Source of the DNA: Candidatus Latescibacterota bacterium
GTDB taxonomy: Bacteria; Latescibacterota; UBA2968
Direction: 5' to 3'
Assembly: GCA_965222605.1 (NCBI GenBank)
Contig: OZ244960.1
Span: forward strand, 1,760,001-1,824,000
Length of the DNA stretch: 64,000 nt
A model generated the notes under the pieces. That model was not told the origin of the DNA and did no database searches. It worked only from the letters and a program-made list of their open reading frames with translations. Positions 30,301 through 39,660 of this stretch are shown one piece after another. Numbering within the stretch: position 1 is the first letter of the stretch; every line of letters begins with the position of its first letter. Made by a program: the position numbers and the translations under genes.

Positions 30301-31512
30301 TTATGAAAGTGCGGTCAACGCCGCTTCAATGCGGTCCATGCCCTGGGCGATTTGCTCGGGCGATGCGGCATAGGAAAACCGCAAATACCCCGGCGCCCCA
30401 AAACCCGTGCCGGGAACACAGGCGACGCGCGCTTCTTCGAGCAGAAAATTGCAAAGCGCAACATCGCTGTCAATATGCCCACAAGACGAAGACTTGCCAA
30501 TATATTCAGAGATATCGGGAAAAACATAAAACGCGCCCTGGGGCATATTGCAAGACACACCCGGCATCCGATTGAGGCGAGAAACGATTTGATTGCATCG
30601 TTTAACATAAGCTCGCCGCATCACTTCGACGCAGTCTTGAGGGCCTGTAAGTGCTTCGAGCGCGGCGTATTGGGAAATGGTGCAGGTATTTGTGGTTTCC
30701 TGAGTTTGAACTTTGATCATCAGGTCAATCAAATTCTGAGGACCCGCGCCATACCCGACGCGCCATCCGGTCATCGCATAGGATTTTGATACGCCATTGA
30801 CCGTCAGCGTTCTGTCTGCCAACTCCGGCAGCAAAGCGCCAATAGACACATGCTCGGCATTTTCGTAGAGGAGCTTTTCGTAGATCTCATCGGCAATCAC
30901 ATAGACATTAGAACCCGCAATCACATCGGCCAGTGCATTCAGATTTTCACGGGTATAAACCGTTCCTGTTGGGTTACAGGGGCTGTTTAAGAACACAAAT
31001 TTTGTTCGTGGGGTAATGGCATCTTGAAGTTGCCGCGCCGTCATGCAAAAATCCGAGTCTTGTGTAGTCGGCACAATGATCGGATCACCACCCATTAAGC
31101 GCACCTGATCGGCATAGCTCGTCCAATAAGGGGCGGGAATAATGGCCTCGTCCCCTTCCTCTATTAAAGCGATAATGGCGTCAAAGATGGTTTGTTTTGC
31201 CCCACATGTCACGATAATTTGTGAAGGCGTATAATGCAAATTATTGTCGCGCTCAAATTTATCGCATATCGCGCGTTTGAGTTCGGGAATGCCCGACGCG
31301 GGATTGGTATATCGCGTATGACCCGCTTTAATAGCGCGAATCGCAGCATCGCGTATATGCTCGGGGGTCTCAAAGTCGGGTTCCCCTGCAACGAGGGAAA
31401 TAAGATCAACACCCTGTCGTTTCAGTTCTCCTGCTCTGGCAAAAGCCGAGACAGTCGCAGATGCCTGGATATTGAGAACGCGCTGTGTAAAGGGAGATTT
31501 CATTTTTCTCAC
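30301..31512 (-). CDS. Class I/II PLP aminotransferase (aspartate aminotransferase-like)
   Basis: 'GEPDFETP', 'NSPCNPTG', 'DEIYE', 'SKSYAMTGWRVGY'. Confidence 0.93.
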   Translation of the reverse strand: MRKMKSPFTQRVLNIQASATVSAFARAGELKRQGVDLISLVAGEPDFETPEHIRDAAIRAIKAGHTRYTNPASGIPELKRAICDKFERDNNLHYTPSQIIVTCGAKQTIFDAIIALIEEGDEAIIPAPYWTSYADQVRLMGGDPIIVPTTQDSDFCMTARQLQDAITPRTKFVFLNSPCNPTGTVYTRENLNALADVIAGSNVYVIADEIYEKLLYENAEHVSIGALLPELADRTLTVNGVSKSYAMTGWRVGYGAGPQNLIDLMIKVQTQETTNTCTISQYAALEALTGPQDCVEVMRRAYVKRCNQIVSRLNRMPGVSCNMPQGAFYVFPDISEYIGKSSSCGHIDSDVALCNFLLEEARVACVPGTGFGAPGYLRFSYAASPEQIAQGMDRIEAALTALS

Positions 31513-31514
31513 TT

Positions 31515-32711
31515 CTATGTCGTGTATTCGGCATTTATACGGACGTAGTCGTATGTCAGATCACAGGTATAAATAGTGGCGGATGCCTCGCCGATGTTCA
31601 AATTGATGTCAATATCTATATCGGAAGCACCTAAAGCTTCGATAGCGCAGTCCTGGTCAAAGAGAAGGCCACTGCCGTCGGCGTAAATGGGGATACCGGC
31701 CATCGAAACGGCTGTGCAGTCGGGATCAATAGCAACGCCAGCATAACCCACCGCACACAAAATGCGACCCCAATTGGGATCGCGCCCAAAAACAGCGGTC
31801 TTGACCAGACTTGAATTGGCGACAGACAACCCCACAGTGCGTGCATCGGTCGCGGTAGCTGCGCCATCAACGCGAACGGTGATAAGTTTGGTCGCACCCT
31901 CGCCATCGCGAGCAATTTGTTTGGCCAGACTAATACAGACTGCATTGAGCGCACTCTGGAAGGTACAGAGGTCTTCGCCCGAAAGTTCGCGCTTGCTCGC
32001 TGCGCCATTTGCCAGAGCCAGGACCGTATCATTGGTGCTCATATCGCCGTCAACGGTAATGCAATTAAAAGATTGTGTAACAGCTTCACAAAGCGCGTTT
32101 TGGAGCACACCAGGAGAAAGGGCTGCATCCGTGAGCACAAAAGCGAGCATAGTCGCCATGTTCGGCGCAATCATACCCGCTCCCTTGGCGATCCCGGCAA
32201 TCGTGATCTCGCTACCATCTATTTCACATCGCACAGATGCTTTTTTCGGCACGGTATCCGTAGTCATAATCGCCTCTGAAGCATCGTCCCACCCCCCAAC
32301 ATTGAGTTGCGGAATGATATTTCGGATACCCCTTTCAAGGCACCCCATCGGAAGAGGCACACCGATGACCCCCGTCGAATTGACGAGCGCGTCTTCTGGT
32401 GCAACATCCAATCCACCGCCCACCCATTGCGCCATCTGGCGCGCATCGGCCATGCCCTGATCTCCAGTACACGCATTGGCATTTTTGCTATTGACCACAA
32501 TGGCTCGCGCCCGTCCATTTTGCAGATGTTCTCTATTCAGGTGCACAGGTGCTGCACACACGCGATTTGTCGTAAACATCCCCGCTGCCGAAGCCACCCG
32601 ATCAGAAAAAATAAGCGCGAGGTCCTTGTCATCCCCTTCTTTGAGACCGCAATGAAGCCCAGCGGCCTTATAACCTTTTGGGGAATAGATGGTCGTTTCT
32701 GTAATGTTCAC
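31515..32711 (-). CDS. argJ: Glutamate N-acetyltransferase ArgJ
   Basis: 'NANACTG', 'IMTTDT', 'KGAGMIAPNMATML', 'DGDMSTND', 'YVRINAEYTT'. GTG start behind GAGGTG. Confidence 0.97.
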   Translation of the reverse strand: MNITETTIYSPKGYKAAGLHCGLKEGDDKDLALIFSDRVASAAGMFTTNRVCAAPVHLNREHLQNGRARAIVVNSKNANACTGDQGMADARQMAQWVGGGLDVAPEDALVNSTGVIGVPLPMGCLERGIRNIIPQLNVGGWDDASEAIMTTDTVPKKASVRCEIDGSEITIAGIAKGAGMIAPNMATMLAFVLTDAALSPGVLQNALCEAVTQSFNCITVDGDMSTNDTVLALANGAASKRELSGEDLCTFQSALNAVCISLAKQIARDGEGATKLITVRVDGAATATDARTVGLSVANSSLVKTAVFGRDPNWGRILCAVGYAGVAIDPDCTAVSMAGIPIYADGSGLLFDQDCAIEALGASDIDIDINLNIGEASATIYTCDLTYDYVRINAEYTT

Positions 32712-32755
32712 AAAACACCTCAATTGTAATAATTCAGAATGTTTATCTCACAATA

Positions 32756-33421
32756 TCAGTACCCAGGTACGCCGGTCTTATCGCCAATCCAATCAATCAT
32801 AACGCGGAATGCCGGGCACTGTTCTACCACCTCTCGCAAGTCTGCATTTCTGAGAATGGCATTGCCATCCGAATTTTCAAGATAGGACCGCTTAAGATGT
32901 CGCCGAAAGAGTTCCTCAACGATTCGTTTGGGGGGCTTGTTTTGGTTCTGATCTTCTGGAGGCCGCCGCCAGCCGCTGGGGCTGTTCTGCATCTTGAGTC
33001 GGGATTGAAGTTCACTCGGCGCAGCGAGGAGCAGCACTTCCAAATCGTATTTCAACGCGCTGGCATAAAAACGCGCCATGTGACTGTCAACTTCAGCCCT
33101 TCTGGCCTGCTGTTGCAAATTCTGTTTTACGAGTTGCGTTTGCACATCTTGAAGTTGTTTCAAATTGTCGTGCTTGTATTCCGTATTCACATAGTCTCGA
33201 TTTGGGTAGAGATCGGGTAATCCCACAGCGAGATCGCTGGTATCATGCAACAACTTCTCGGTCGCTCGGGGTCCAATATTTCTGAAATATTTGGACTTGT
33301 TTTCGAGAGAGATTAGCTGAATGCCCCAGCCATTCTTGCCGAGTTTCTGCGTCCAACTGCTCCACAATGCCGACAGTGCCTTAACTTCCGAATCCCCTTC
33401 CACAAAAACCCACACCTTCAT
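32756..33421 (-). CDS. DUF4276-family (TOPRIM-like) protein
   Basis: 'VFVEGDSE', 'PDLYP', 'DLEVLLLA', 'PEDQN...PPKR', 'CPAF'. ATGA overlap with the ATPase. Confidence 0.78.
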   Translation of the reverse strand: MKVWVFVEGDSEVKALSALWSSWTQKLGKNGWGIQLISLENKSKYFRNIGPRATEKLLHDTSDLAVGLPDLYPNRDYVNTEYKHDNLKQLQDVQTQLVKQNLQQQARRAEVDSHMARFYASALKYDLEVLLLAAPSELQSRLKMQNSPSGWRRPPEDQNQNKPPKRIVEELFRRHLKRSYLENSDGNAILRNADLREVVEQCPAFRVMIDWIGDKTGVPGY

Positions 33422-34689
33422 ACGCCGGCCTCCAGTTCGCCGGAACGGTGTAGATCGCCCAGAGTTTCGCTTGAAACATCTTTAAGCATTTGCACAAGTG
33501 TCTTGCGATTCGCGGGACGATGCCACACGACCTTTGCATCATCTGCGTTCCGTGCCATTACGGCAACATCGGCTATATCGAAACAGTTGAGCAGGTCTGG
33601 ACTATGTGTCGTCACGAGCACCTGTGTGCGCTCCGCTGCTACCTTGATCATCTCAGCTACAATCGGCAACAGGCCAGGATGCAAGCCCAATTCCGGTTCG
33701 TCAATCGCCACCAGTAGCGGAGGTCGTGGATTTAACAGTGCTGTCGCCAGACAAAGGAAACGCACCATGCCGTCCGATAATTCCCCCAACTCCATAGAGC
33801 GGGACATGCCCTTCTCGCGCACTCCAACGAGCACTTGTGGCGGCGTTCCATACGTGGTATCGCAATGAATTTCCTCAAATGCGGGATAGGCTACGCGCAG
33901 AAAATCGCGCAACTCCTCTGCTGCTGAACGGTAATCATATCGGGTCAGGATTTCGTGCAGCACGGTACCCAAGTTGTCGCCGTTGGCCGATAATGTTGTA
34001 ACCGGCTTGATATCGGCGGCCCTGGTGCGGAGCGCGGAAGACCGTGTCACATCGAAACCCGGATAAAATGCCATTCTCTCCAATAGAATGCGTACCCAGG
34101 AAGGAACGGGAAACTCGTTGAAGAAGCGCATTTGCGAAAGCAACAACGCAGGCTCCTGTTGTGCGGGTTGTTGCAGGCCGCTTTTCAAGGTGGCTTCCGC
34201 CGAATCGGACTCGCGGACGACATTAGGCGCAGGATGCGCGTCATCAAACGGTATCAATCGGCCTTGTTTTTTGTCAAATATTCGTCGCCGATCCGGGGTT
34301 GCCTCCAGCAATATGGAGGGACCGCCATATCCCGGTATTGGTTCTTTAGTCCCGAGAACCTCTAATTGCGGGTACATCTGGCCCAGTGTATCAGTGTGAA
34401 GAACGACCCCATACTCCAAGAAATTTCCCTGTTCTAACGGATTGTGAAAAGTGATTTTCCAGACCAACTGCCGATTCCTATTCCCTACTGTAAGAAGGGA
34501 TGCTGCCCCCCCATGCCAACCAATCGCGGTATTTAGCGGAAAAGTACTACACTGGGCAATCAGTTGCAGACAGTCAATCAGCGTGCTCTTGCCAACGGCA
34601 TTCGCGCCTATTACCACTGTTAGCTGTGTGAGATCGGCCTCAAACTCGTCGAGAAGCCGGTAGCCATTGATATTGATTTCTGTAATCAT
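33418..34689 (-). CDS. AAA_21/ABC-type ATPase
   Basis: Walker A 'GANAVGKST', signature 'ELSDGMVR', Walker B 'AIDEPELGLHP', H-loop 'VTTHSP'. Confidence 0.9.
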   Translation of the reverse strand: MITEININGYRLLDEFEADLTQLTVVIGANAVGKSTLIDCLQLIAQCSTFPLNTAIGWHGGAASLLTVGNRNRQLVWKITFHNPLEQGNFLEYGVVLHTDTLGQMYPQLEVLGTKEPIPGYGGPSILLEATPDRRRIFDKKQGRLIPFDDAHPAPNVVRESDSAEATLKSGLQQPAQQEPALLLSQMRFFNEFPVPSWVRILLERMAFYPGFDVTRSSALRTRAADIKPVTTLSANGDNLGTVLHEILTRYDYRSAAEELRDFLRVAYPAFEEIHCDTTYGTPPQVLVGVREKGMSRSMELGELSDGMVRFLCLATALLNPRPPLLVAIDEPELGLHPGLLPIVAEMIKVAAERTQVLVTTHSPDLLNCFDIADVAVMARNADDAKVVWHRPANRKTLVQMLKDVSSETLGDLHRSGELEAGV

Positions 34690-34741
34690 GATCTATTACC
34701 CTGTTTTCACCGGGACAAGCCTGTGTTTGCTTTTCTGCGTA

Positions 34742-35914
34742 TTAAAACAACGCGCGTTTGACATTGCGCACAGCCTGGCGGATTCTGTGTTCATTTTCGA
34801 CTAACGAAATGCGTACATAGCCCTCGCCCATATCGCCAAACCCAATACCGGGAGAAACCGCGAGTTCTGCCTCTTCCATGAGTTTGAGGGAAAAATTCAT
34901 AGAACCGAGATGCCGATATTTTTCTGGAATAGGCGCCCAAACAAACATCGACGCTTTGGGCTTGTTGACGGGCCACCCGATGCGATTGAGACCTTCTACC
35001 AGCGTATCCCTGCGGCTCTGATACATAGCGGCCGATTGCTGTACACAGTCTTGCGGGCCATCAAGCGCGGCAATTGCAGCGACCTGAATAGGGGTAAAAA
35101 CGCCGTAGTCGTAGTAATTTTTGATAATAGAAAGCGCTTTGATGACCTCTGGATTTCCAAGGCAAAACCCGACGCGCCAACCGGCCATATTATAGGATTT
35201 GGACATGGTGTAAAATTCAACACCGATTTCTTTCGCACCTTTAACCTGTAAAAGACTGGGCACGCGGGTATCGTCAAACGCGATATCCGAATAGGCCATG
35301 TCGTGAATAACAATAATATTTTGGCGGCGGGCAAAAGCCACAATCTCTTCAAAAAAAGAAATATCGACAGTTGCTGTCGTAGGATTGTGAGGAAAGTTGA
35401 AAATCATCACTTTGGGTTTGGGCCACAGTTCCCGCGGGATCATTTGCAGATCGGGCACAAATTCTTTTTCCGGACGCAAGGGCAAGCTGAAAACATTGCC
35501 ATTGGCAATCGCAACGCCATAGAGATGCAGGGGATACGCCGGATTTGGCACAATGGCGAGATCGCCCGGATCGAGAAGCGCGAGACAAATATGCGCCAAC
35601 CCCTCTTTCGATCCGATGGTAACAATGGCTTCTGATTCCGGATCGAGATCAACGTCAAAACGGCGTTTGTAATGGCGACAAATCGCCCGCCTCAAAGCCG
35701 GAAGACCCGCCGATGGCGAATATCCATGCGTCTTGGGATCGCGGACAACTTCGGTGAGTTTGTCAATAATATGTGGCGGCGGCGGCTGGTCGGGATTGCC
35801 CATGCCCAGATCAATAATATCAACACCCTTGCGCCGCAGGTACATTTTGCGGGCATTGACCTCGTGAAAAACATAGGGCGGCAAGCGTTCAATGCGGCGA
35901 GAATTGATTTGCAT
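34742..35914 (-). CDS. alaC: AlaC-like aminotransferase
   Basis: 'RIERLPPYVF', 'GMGNPD', 'TIGSKEGLAH', 'SKSYNMAGWRVGF', 'ENEHRIRQA'. Confidence 0.8.
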   Translation of the reverse strand: MQINSRRIERLPPYVFHEVNARKMYLRRKGVDIIDLGMGNPDQPPPPHIIDKLTEVVRDPKTHGYSPSAGLPALRRAICRHYKRRFDVDLDPESEAIVTIGSKEGLAHICLALLDPGDLAIVPNPAYPLHLYGVAIANGNVFSLPLRPEKEFVPDLQMIPRELWPKPKVMIFNFPHNPTTATVDISFFEEIVAFARRQNIIVIHDMAYSDIAFDDTRVPSLLQVKGAKEIGVEFYTMSKSYNMAGWRVGFCLGNPEVIKALSIIKNYYDYGVFTPIQVAAIAALDGPQDCVQQSAAMYQSRRDTLVEGLNRIGWPVNKPKASMFVWAPIPEKYRHLGSMNFSLKLMEEAELAVSPGIGFGDMGEGYVRISLVENEHRIRQAVRNVKRALF

Positions 35915-35934
35915 ACGATACTCTTTGAAAAGGG

Positions 35935-37515
35935 TCAGTCGATGGCGATGATGCCGTCGAGCAACAATTTATAAGTCAAACTATCGACCAGTGCTGTCCA
36001 ACTGGCTTCGATAATATTTTCAGATACCCCCACAGTATTCCACACGCGCCGCCGGTCGGAGGACTCGATCAGCACCCTCACTTTGGCCGCCGTACCATCG
36101 GCACTGGATAACACGCGCACTTTGTAGTCTTCGAGACGCACATCTTTGAGCGTGGGATACACGCTTTCAAGTGCCAGGCGCAATGCCGAGTCGAGGGCAT
36201 TAACAGGACCATCGCCTTCGCCAACCGTGTGGTAGATCTGTCCGTCAATCTCTATTTTCACAATGGCTTCTACTTCAGAGCCTGCAACACTTTTGCGATT
36301 GATCGTCCTGTAATTGATGAGTTTGAACGGTTTGCGAATACTGCCCAATATCTGACGGGCGAGAATTTCAAACGACGCTTCGGCGGCTTCAAAAACATAG
36401 CCTTCGTATTCGAGTTGCTTAATTTTTTGCAGCAACTTTTGGACGGTTGGATGGCGTTTGTCCAGGCCCGGAATAAGATGGTGCAATTTTGCTGCAACAG
36501 CCCCGCCGCCCGATTGTTCTGAAAGGAGAAAACGGCGCTGGTTGCCCACAGCTTCTGCATCGCAATGCTCATACGTGGTGGGTTGTTTGAGCATCGCATC
36601 TACGTGAACACCCGCTTTGTGTGCAAAAGCACTCTCGCCCACATAAGGTTGGCGGTGGTCGTGATAAACATTGGCGATTTCGCTGACAAAACGCGATAAT
36701 TCCATGAGTTTTTTCAGATTTTTCGCGCCAATAGCTTTCATCCCCAACTTAAATTCAATATTGGGAATCACCGAACACAGGTTGGCATTGCCACAGCGTT
36801 CCCCATAGCCATTGATAGTCCCCTGCACATGCGTGGCACCCATTTCGAGTGCGACAATGCTATTGGCCACGGCCATTCCCGCATCGTTATGTGTATGAAT
36901 GCCCAAAGGCACATCGAGCCTGGGCTGAATGGCACTGATGATCTCCTGTATCTGATACGGCATCGTGCCGCCATTAGTATCGCACAAGACGAGCACCTCG
37001 GCCCCGCCTGCTTGCGCTGCCAACAAAGTTTCCAGGGCGTATTCGGGATCGGCTTTATAACCGTCAAAGAAGTGTTCGGCATCGTAAATAACTTCTCGTC
37101 CGTTTTCCTTGAGCCAGGCGCAAGAATCCACGATAATTTGCAGGTTTTTGTCCAGTGTTGCCCGCAACACATCGGTTACATGAAGCGTCCAGCTTTTCCC
37201 AAAGAGCGTGATGACCTCTGTTCCTGCCTTGAGCAAAGTGGTGAGAGTGGGATCGTCTTCGGGCGGGTTGTCAACCCTGCATGTACTGCCAAATGCGACA
37301 ATTTTGGTATTGTGAAATTCGAGATCGCGCACGCGGTCAAAAAATTCGAGATCCTTGGGATTCGTCGGATTGGGCCAACCGCCTTCAACATAGTGAATGC
37401 CCATCGCATCGAGATACTGCGCGATCATGGTCTTATCTTCGGCGGAAAATGAAATACCCTCGGCCTGCGCGCCGTCTCGAAGGGTCGAATCGTAGATTTG
37501 TATATGCGTATGCAT
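35935..37515 (-). CDS. cimA: Citramalate synthase
   Basis: 'YDSTLRDGAQAEGISFS', 'EGGWP', 'IYDAEHFFDG', 'LCDTNGG', 'AFAHKAGVH', 'DYKVRVL'. Confidence 0.93.
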   Translation of the reverse strand: MHTHIQIYDSTLRDGAQAEGISFSAEDKTMIAQYLDAMGIHYVEGGWPNPTNPKDLEFFDRVRDLEFHNTKIVAFGSTCRVDNPPEDDPTLTTLLKAGTEVITLFGKSWTLHVTDVLRATLDKNLQIIVDSCAWLKENGREVIYDAEHFFDGYKADPEYALETLLAAQAGGAEVLVLCDTNGGTMPYQIQEIISAIQPRLDVPLGIHTHNDAGMAVANSIVALEMGATHVQGTINGYGERCGNANLCSVIPNIEFKLGMKAIGAKNLKKLMELSRFVSEIANVYHDHRQPYVGESAFAHKAGVHVDAMLKQPTTYEHCDAEAVGNQRRFLLSEQSGGGAVAAKLHHLIPGLDKRHPTVQKLLQKIKQLEYEGYVFEAAEASFEILARQILGSIRKPFKLINYRTINRKSVAGSEVEAIVKIEIDGQIYHTVGEGDGPVNALDSALRLALESVYPTLKDVRLEDYKVRVLSSADGTAAKVRVLIESSDRRRVWNTVGVSENIIEASWTALVDSLTYKLLLDGIIAID

Positions 37516-37525
37516 AATAACTCGC

Positions 37526-37548
37526 AAAAAAGCCCGCGAGATGCGGGC
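37526..37548 (-). terminator. Terminator-like hairpin between leuD and cimA
   Basis: Minus strand GCCCGC-ATCTC-GCGGGC-TTTTTT. Confidence 0.65.
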
Positions 37549-37558
37549 GTAAAAAAGG

Positions 37559-38152
37559 TTAAAAGCCCGTAACATAGGGAAGTTTATTGGCAACCTCCCG
37601 CACCGCACCGCGGCCTTCGAGGAGCATGCCCGTTGCATCCCACGCGCCTTCGATGAGTTGGAGCCGATTGCCTTCGGCAATTTGGAGATCGACTTCGATA
37701 TCGCCAAATGTCAATTTTTTTTCTTTGAGATCAATCGCCATTTCCCGTTGCGGATCTGCTTCGGCTGCGTCCTGTATTTTGACAATATCCTCGGTTGAGG
37801 CCGTCAGACAAGGCATGCCCATAGCCGTGCAATTGCCCAGAAAAATTTCGGCAAAAGATTCGCCGACAATGGCACAAATCCCCCAGCGCATCAGAGCCTG
37901 GGGCGCGTGTTCTCTCGAAGACCCACACCCGAAATTGCCATTGGCGATGAGTATGGATGCGCCCTGATAGCGCGGATCATCAAATGGGTGATCGGGATTT
38001 GATTTGCGGTCGTCTTCAAAGGCGTGCTCACCCAGGCCATCAAACGTAATAGCGCGAAGATACCGCGCGGGAATAATGCGATCGGTATCGATGTCATTTC
38101 CCCGAACGGGAATCACGCGTCCTTCTACATACTGGATCACAGATGAATTCAT
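37559..38152 (-). CDS. leuD: 3-isopropylmalate dehydratase small subunit
   Basis: 'DIDTDRIIPARYL', 'NFGCGSSREHAPQAL'. Confidence 0.97.
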   Translation of the reverse strand: MNSSVIQYVEGRVIPVRGNDIDTDRIIPARYLRAITFDGLGEHAFEDDRKSNPDHPFDDPRYQGASILIANGNFGCGSSREHAPQALMRWGICAIVGESFAEIFLGNCTAMGMPCLTASTEDIVKIQDAAEADPQREMAIDLKEKKLTFGDIEVDLQIAEGNRLQLIEGAWDATGMLLEGRGAVREVANKLPYVTGF

Positions 38153-38166
38153 AAATAACCCTTCTT

Positions 38167-39564
38167 TCACATAGCGCGTACGTCAATAACCTCACCGGCG
38201 ATGGCCGCGGCTGCAACCATTGCGGGACTCATCAAGAGCGTGCGCCCTGTGGGGCTACCCTGACGCCCTTTGAAATTGCGATTGCTCGACGACGCACATA
38301 CTTCGCGTCCCTGCAATTTGTCGGGATTCATAGCCAAACACATCGAGCACCCCGCACCGCGCCATTCAAAGCCTGCATCTTCAAAGATGTGGTGCAAGCC
38401 TTCCGCTTCAGCTGTCTTGAGAACGGATTTGGACCCCGGCACAACCAGTGCTTTGACGCCATCGGCCACCTTATTGCCCTTGACAACTCTGGCAGCTTCT
38501 CTGAGGTCGGAGATACGGCTGTTGGTACACGAACCCACAAACGCCACGTCAATGGGCATACCAGATATGGCCGTGCCTGGCTTTAAGTCCATATAATCAT
38601 ATGCTTCGGCGGCAACATCGCGCTCATCATCTGGCAGATCCGTCAAAGCCGGCACTTTTTCTGATACGAAAAGGGCCTGCCCCGGCGTGATGCCCCATGT
38701 CACGGTAGGCTCGAGGGCAGAGCCATCGAGGTGATAAACATCGTCGTAATCGGCATCGACATCGGAAGCCATAGAACGCCACCAGGAAACCGCGCGATCA
38801 AAGGCTTCTCCCGAAGGTGCATAAGTGCGTCCCCGCAGATAGTCATAAGTCGTTTGATCGGGATTCACGTACCCCGCGCGCGCGCCGCCTTCAATGGACA
38901 TATTGCACACCGACATACGCGCTTCCATATCCATAGCTTCAATAGCGGACCCGGCATATTCGTAAGCATAGCCCGTGCCGCCTTTTACGCCGAGATTGCG
39001 GATGATATTGAGAATAACATCTTTGGCGTAAACCCCGTTGCCCAGCGTGCCGGATACCTCAATGCGGCGCACTTTGAGGGGGTCTATTGACAGGCACTGC
39101 GTAGCGAGCACATCGCGCACCTGCGAGGTGCCAATGCCAAATGCAATGGCGCCATAAGCTCCGTGCGTTGAAGTGTGGCTATCGCCGCAGGCAATGGTCA
39201 TGCCCGGCTGTGTCAGACCCAGTTCGGGACCGATAACGTGGACAATACCCTGACGCTCGTCGTCGAGACCAAAAAAAGAAAGGTCGAACTGTCGGGCATT
39301 TTCTTCGATAGCGAGCATCATGTCCTCAGCCATCTCGTCGGCGAATGGACGGGCAACATCGCTTGTGGGCACAATGTGATCGACCGTGGCAAAAGTGCGT
39401 TCTGGATATGCAATAGTGAGACCGCGCTCTCTGAGCATATCAAAAGCCTGCGGGCTGGTAACCTCGTGAACGAGGTGCAGGCCGATAAACAACTGCGTTT
39501 GCCCCGATGGCAACGTTCGCACCGCATGCGCGTCCCAAACTTTGCGAAATAAACTTTGACCCAT
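38167..39564 (-). CDS. leuC: 3-isopropylmalate dehydratase large subunit
   Basis: 'HEVTSPQAF', '[11 protein letters not shown]', 'GSCTNSR', 'GCSMCLAMN', '[10 protein letters not shown]'. Confidence 0.98.
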   Translation of the reverse strand: MGQSLFRKVWDAHAVRTLPSGQTQLFIGLHLVHEVTSPQAFDMLRERGLTIAYPERTFATVDHIVPTSDVARPFADEMAEDMMLAIEENARQFDLSFFGLDDERQGIVHVIGPELGLTQPGMTIACGDSHTSTHGAYGAIAFGIGTSQVRDVLATQCLSIDPLKVRRIEVSGTLGNGVYAKDVILNIIRNLGVKGGTGYAYEYAGSAIEAMDMEARMSVCNMSIEGGARAGYVNPDQTTYDYLRGRTYAPSGEAFDRAVSWWRSMASDVDADYDDVYHLDGSALEPTVTWGITPGQALFVSEKVPALTDLPDDERDVAAEAYDYMDLKPGTAISGMPIDVAFVGSCTNSRISDLREAARVVKGNKVADGVKALVVPGSKSVLKTAEAEGLHHIFEDAGFEWRGAGCSMCLAMNPDKLQGREVCASSSNRNFKGRQGSPTGRTLLMSPAMVAAAAIAGEVIDVRAM

Positions 39565-39603
39565 CTATGGCCTCTTTTCTTAAAATCCTATGGAACCACA
39601 GAC

Positions 39604-39629
39604 GGGCAGGCACAACGCACTGCCCCTAC
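39604..39629. repeat. REP-like GTAG hairpin
   Basis: GGGCAGGCACAACGCACTGCCCCTAC, similar to 53692-53717. Confidence 0.65.
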
Positions 39630-39660
39630 ATTTCATCTGCGTCCATCTGCGTCCATGATA

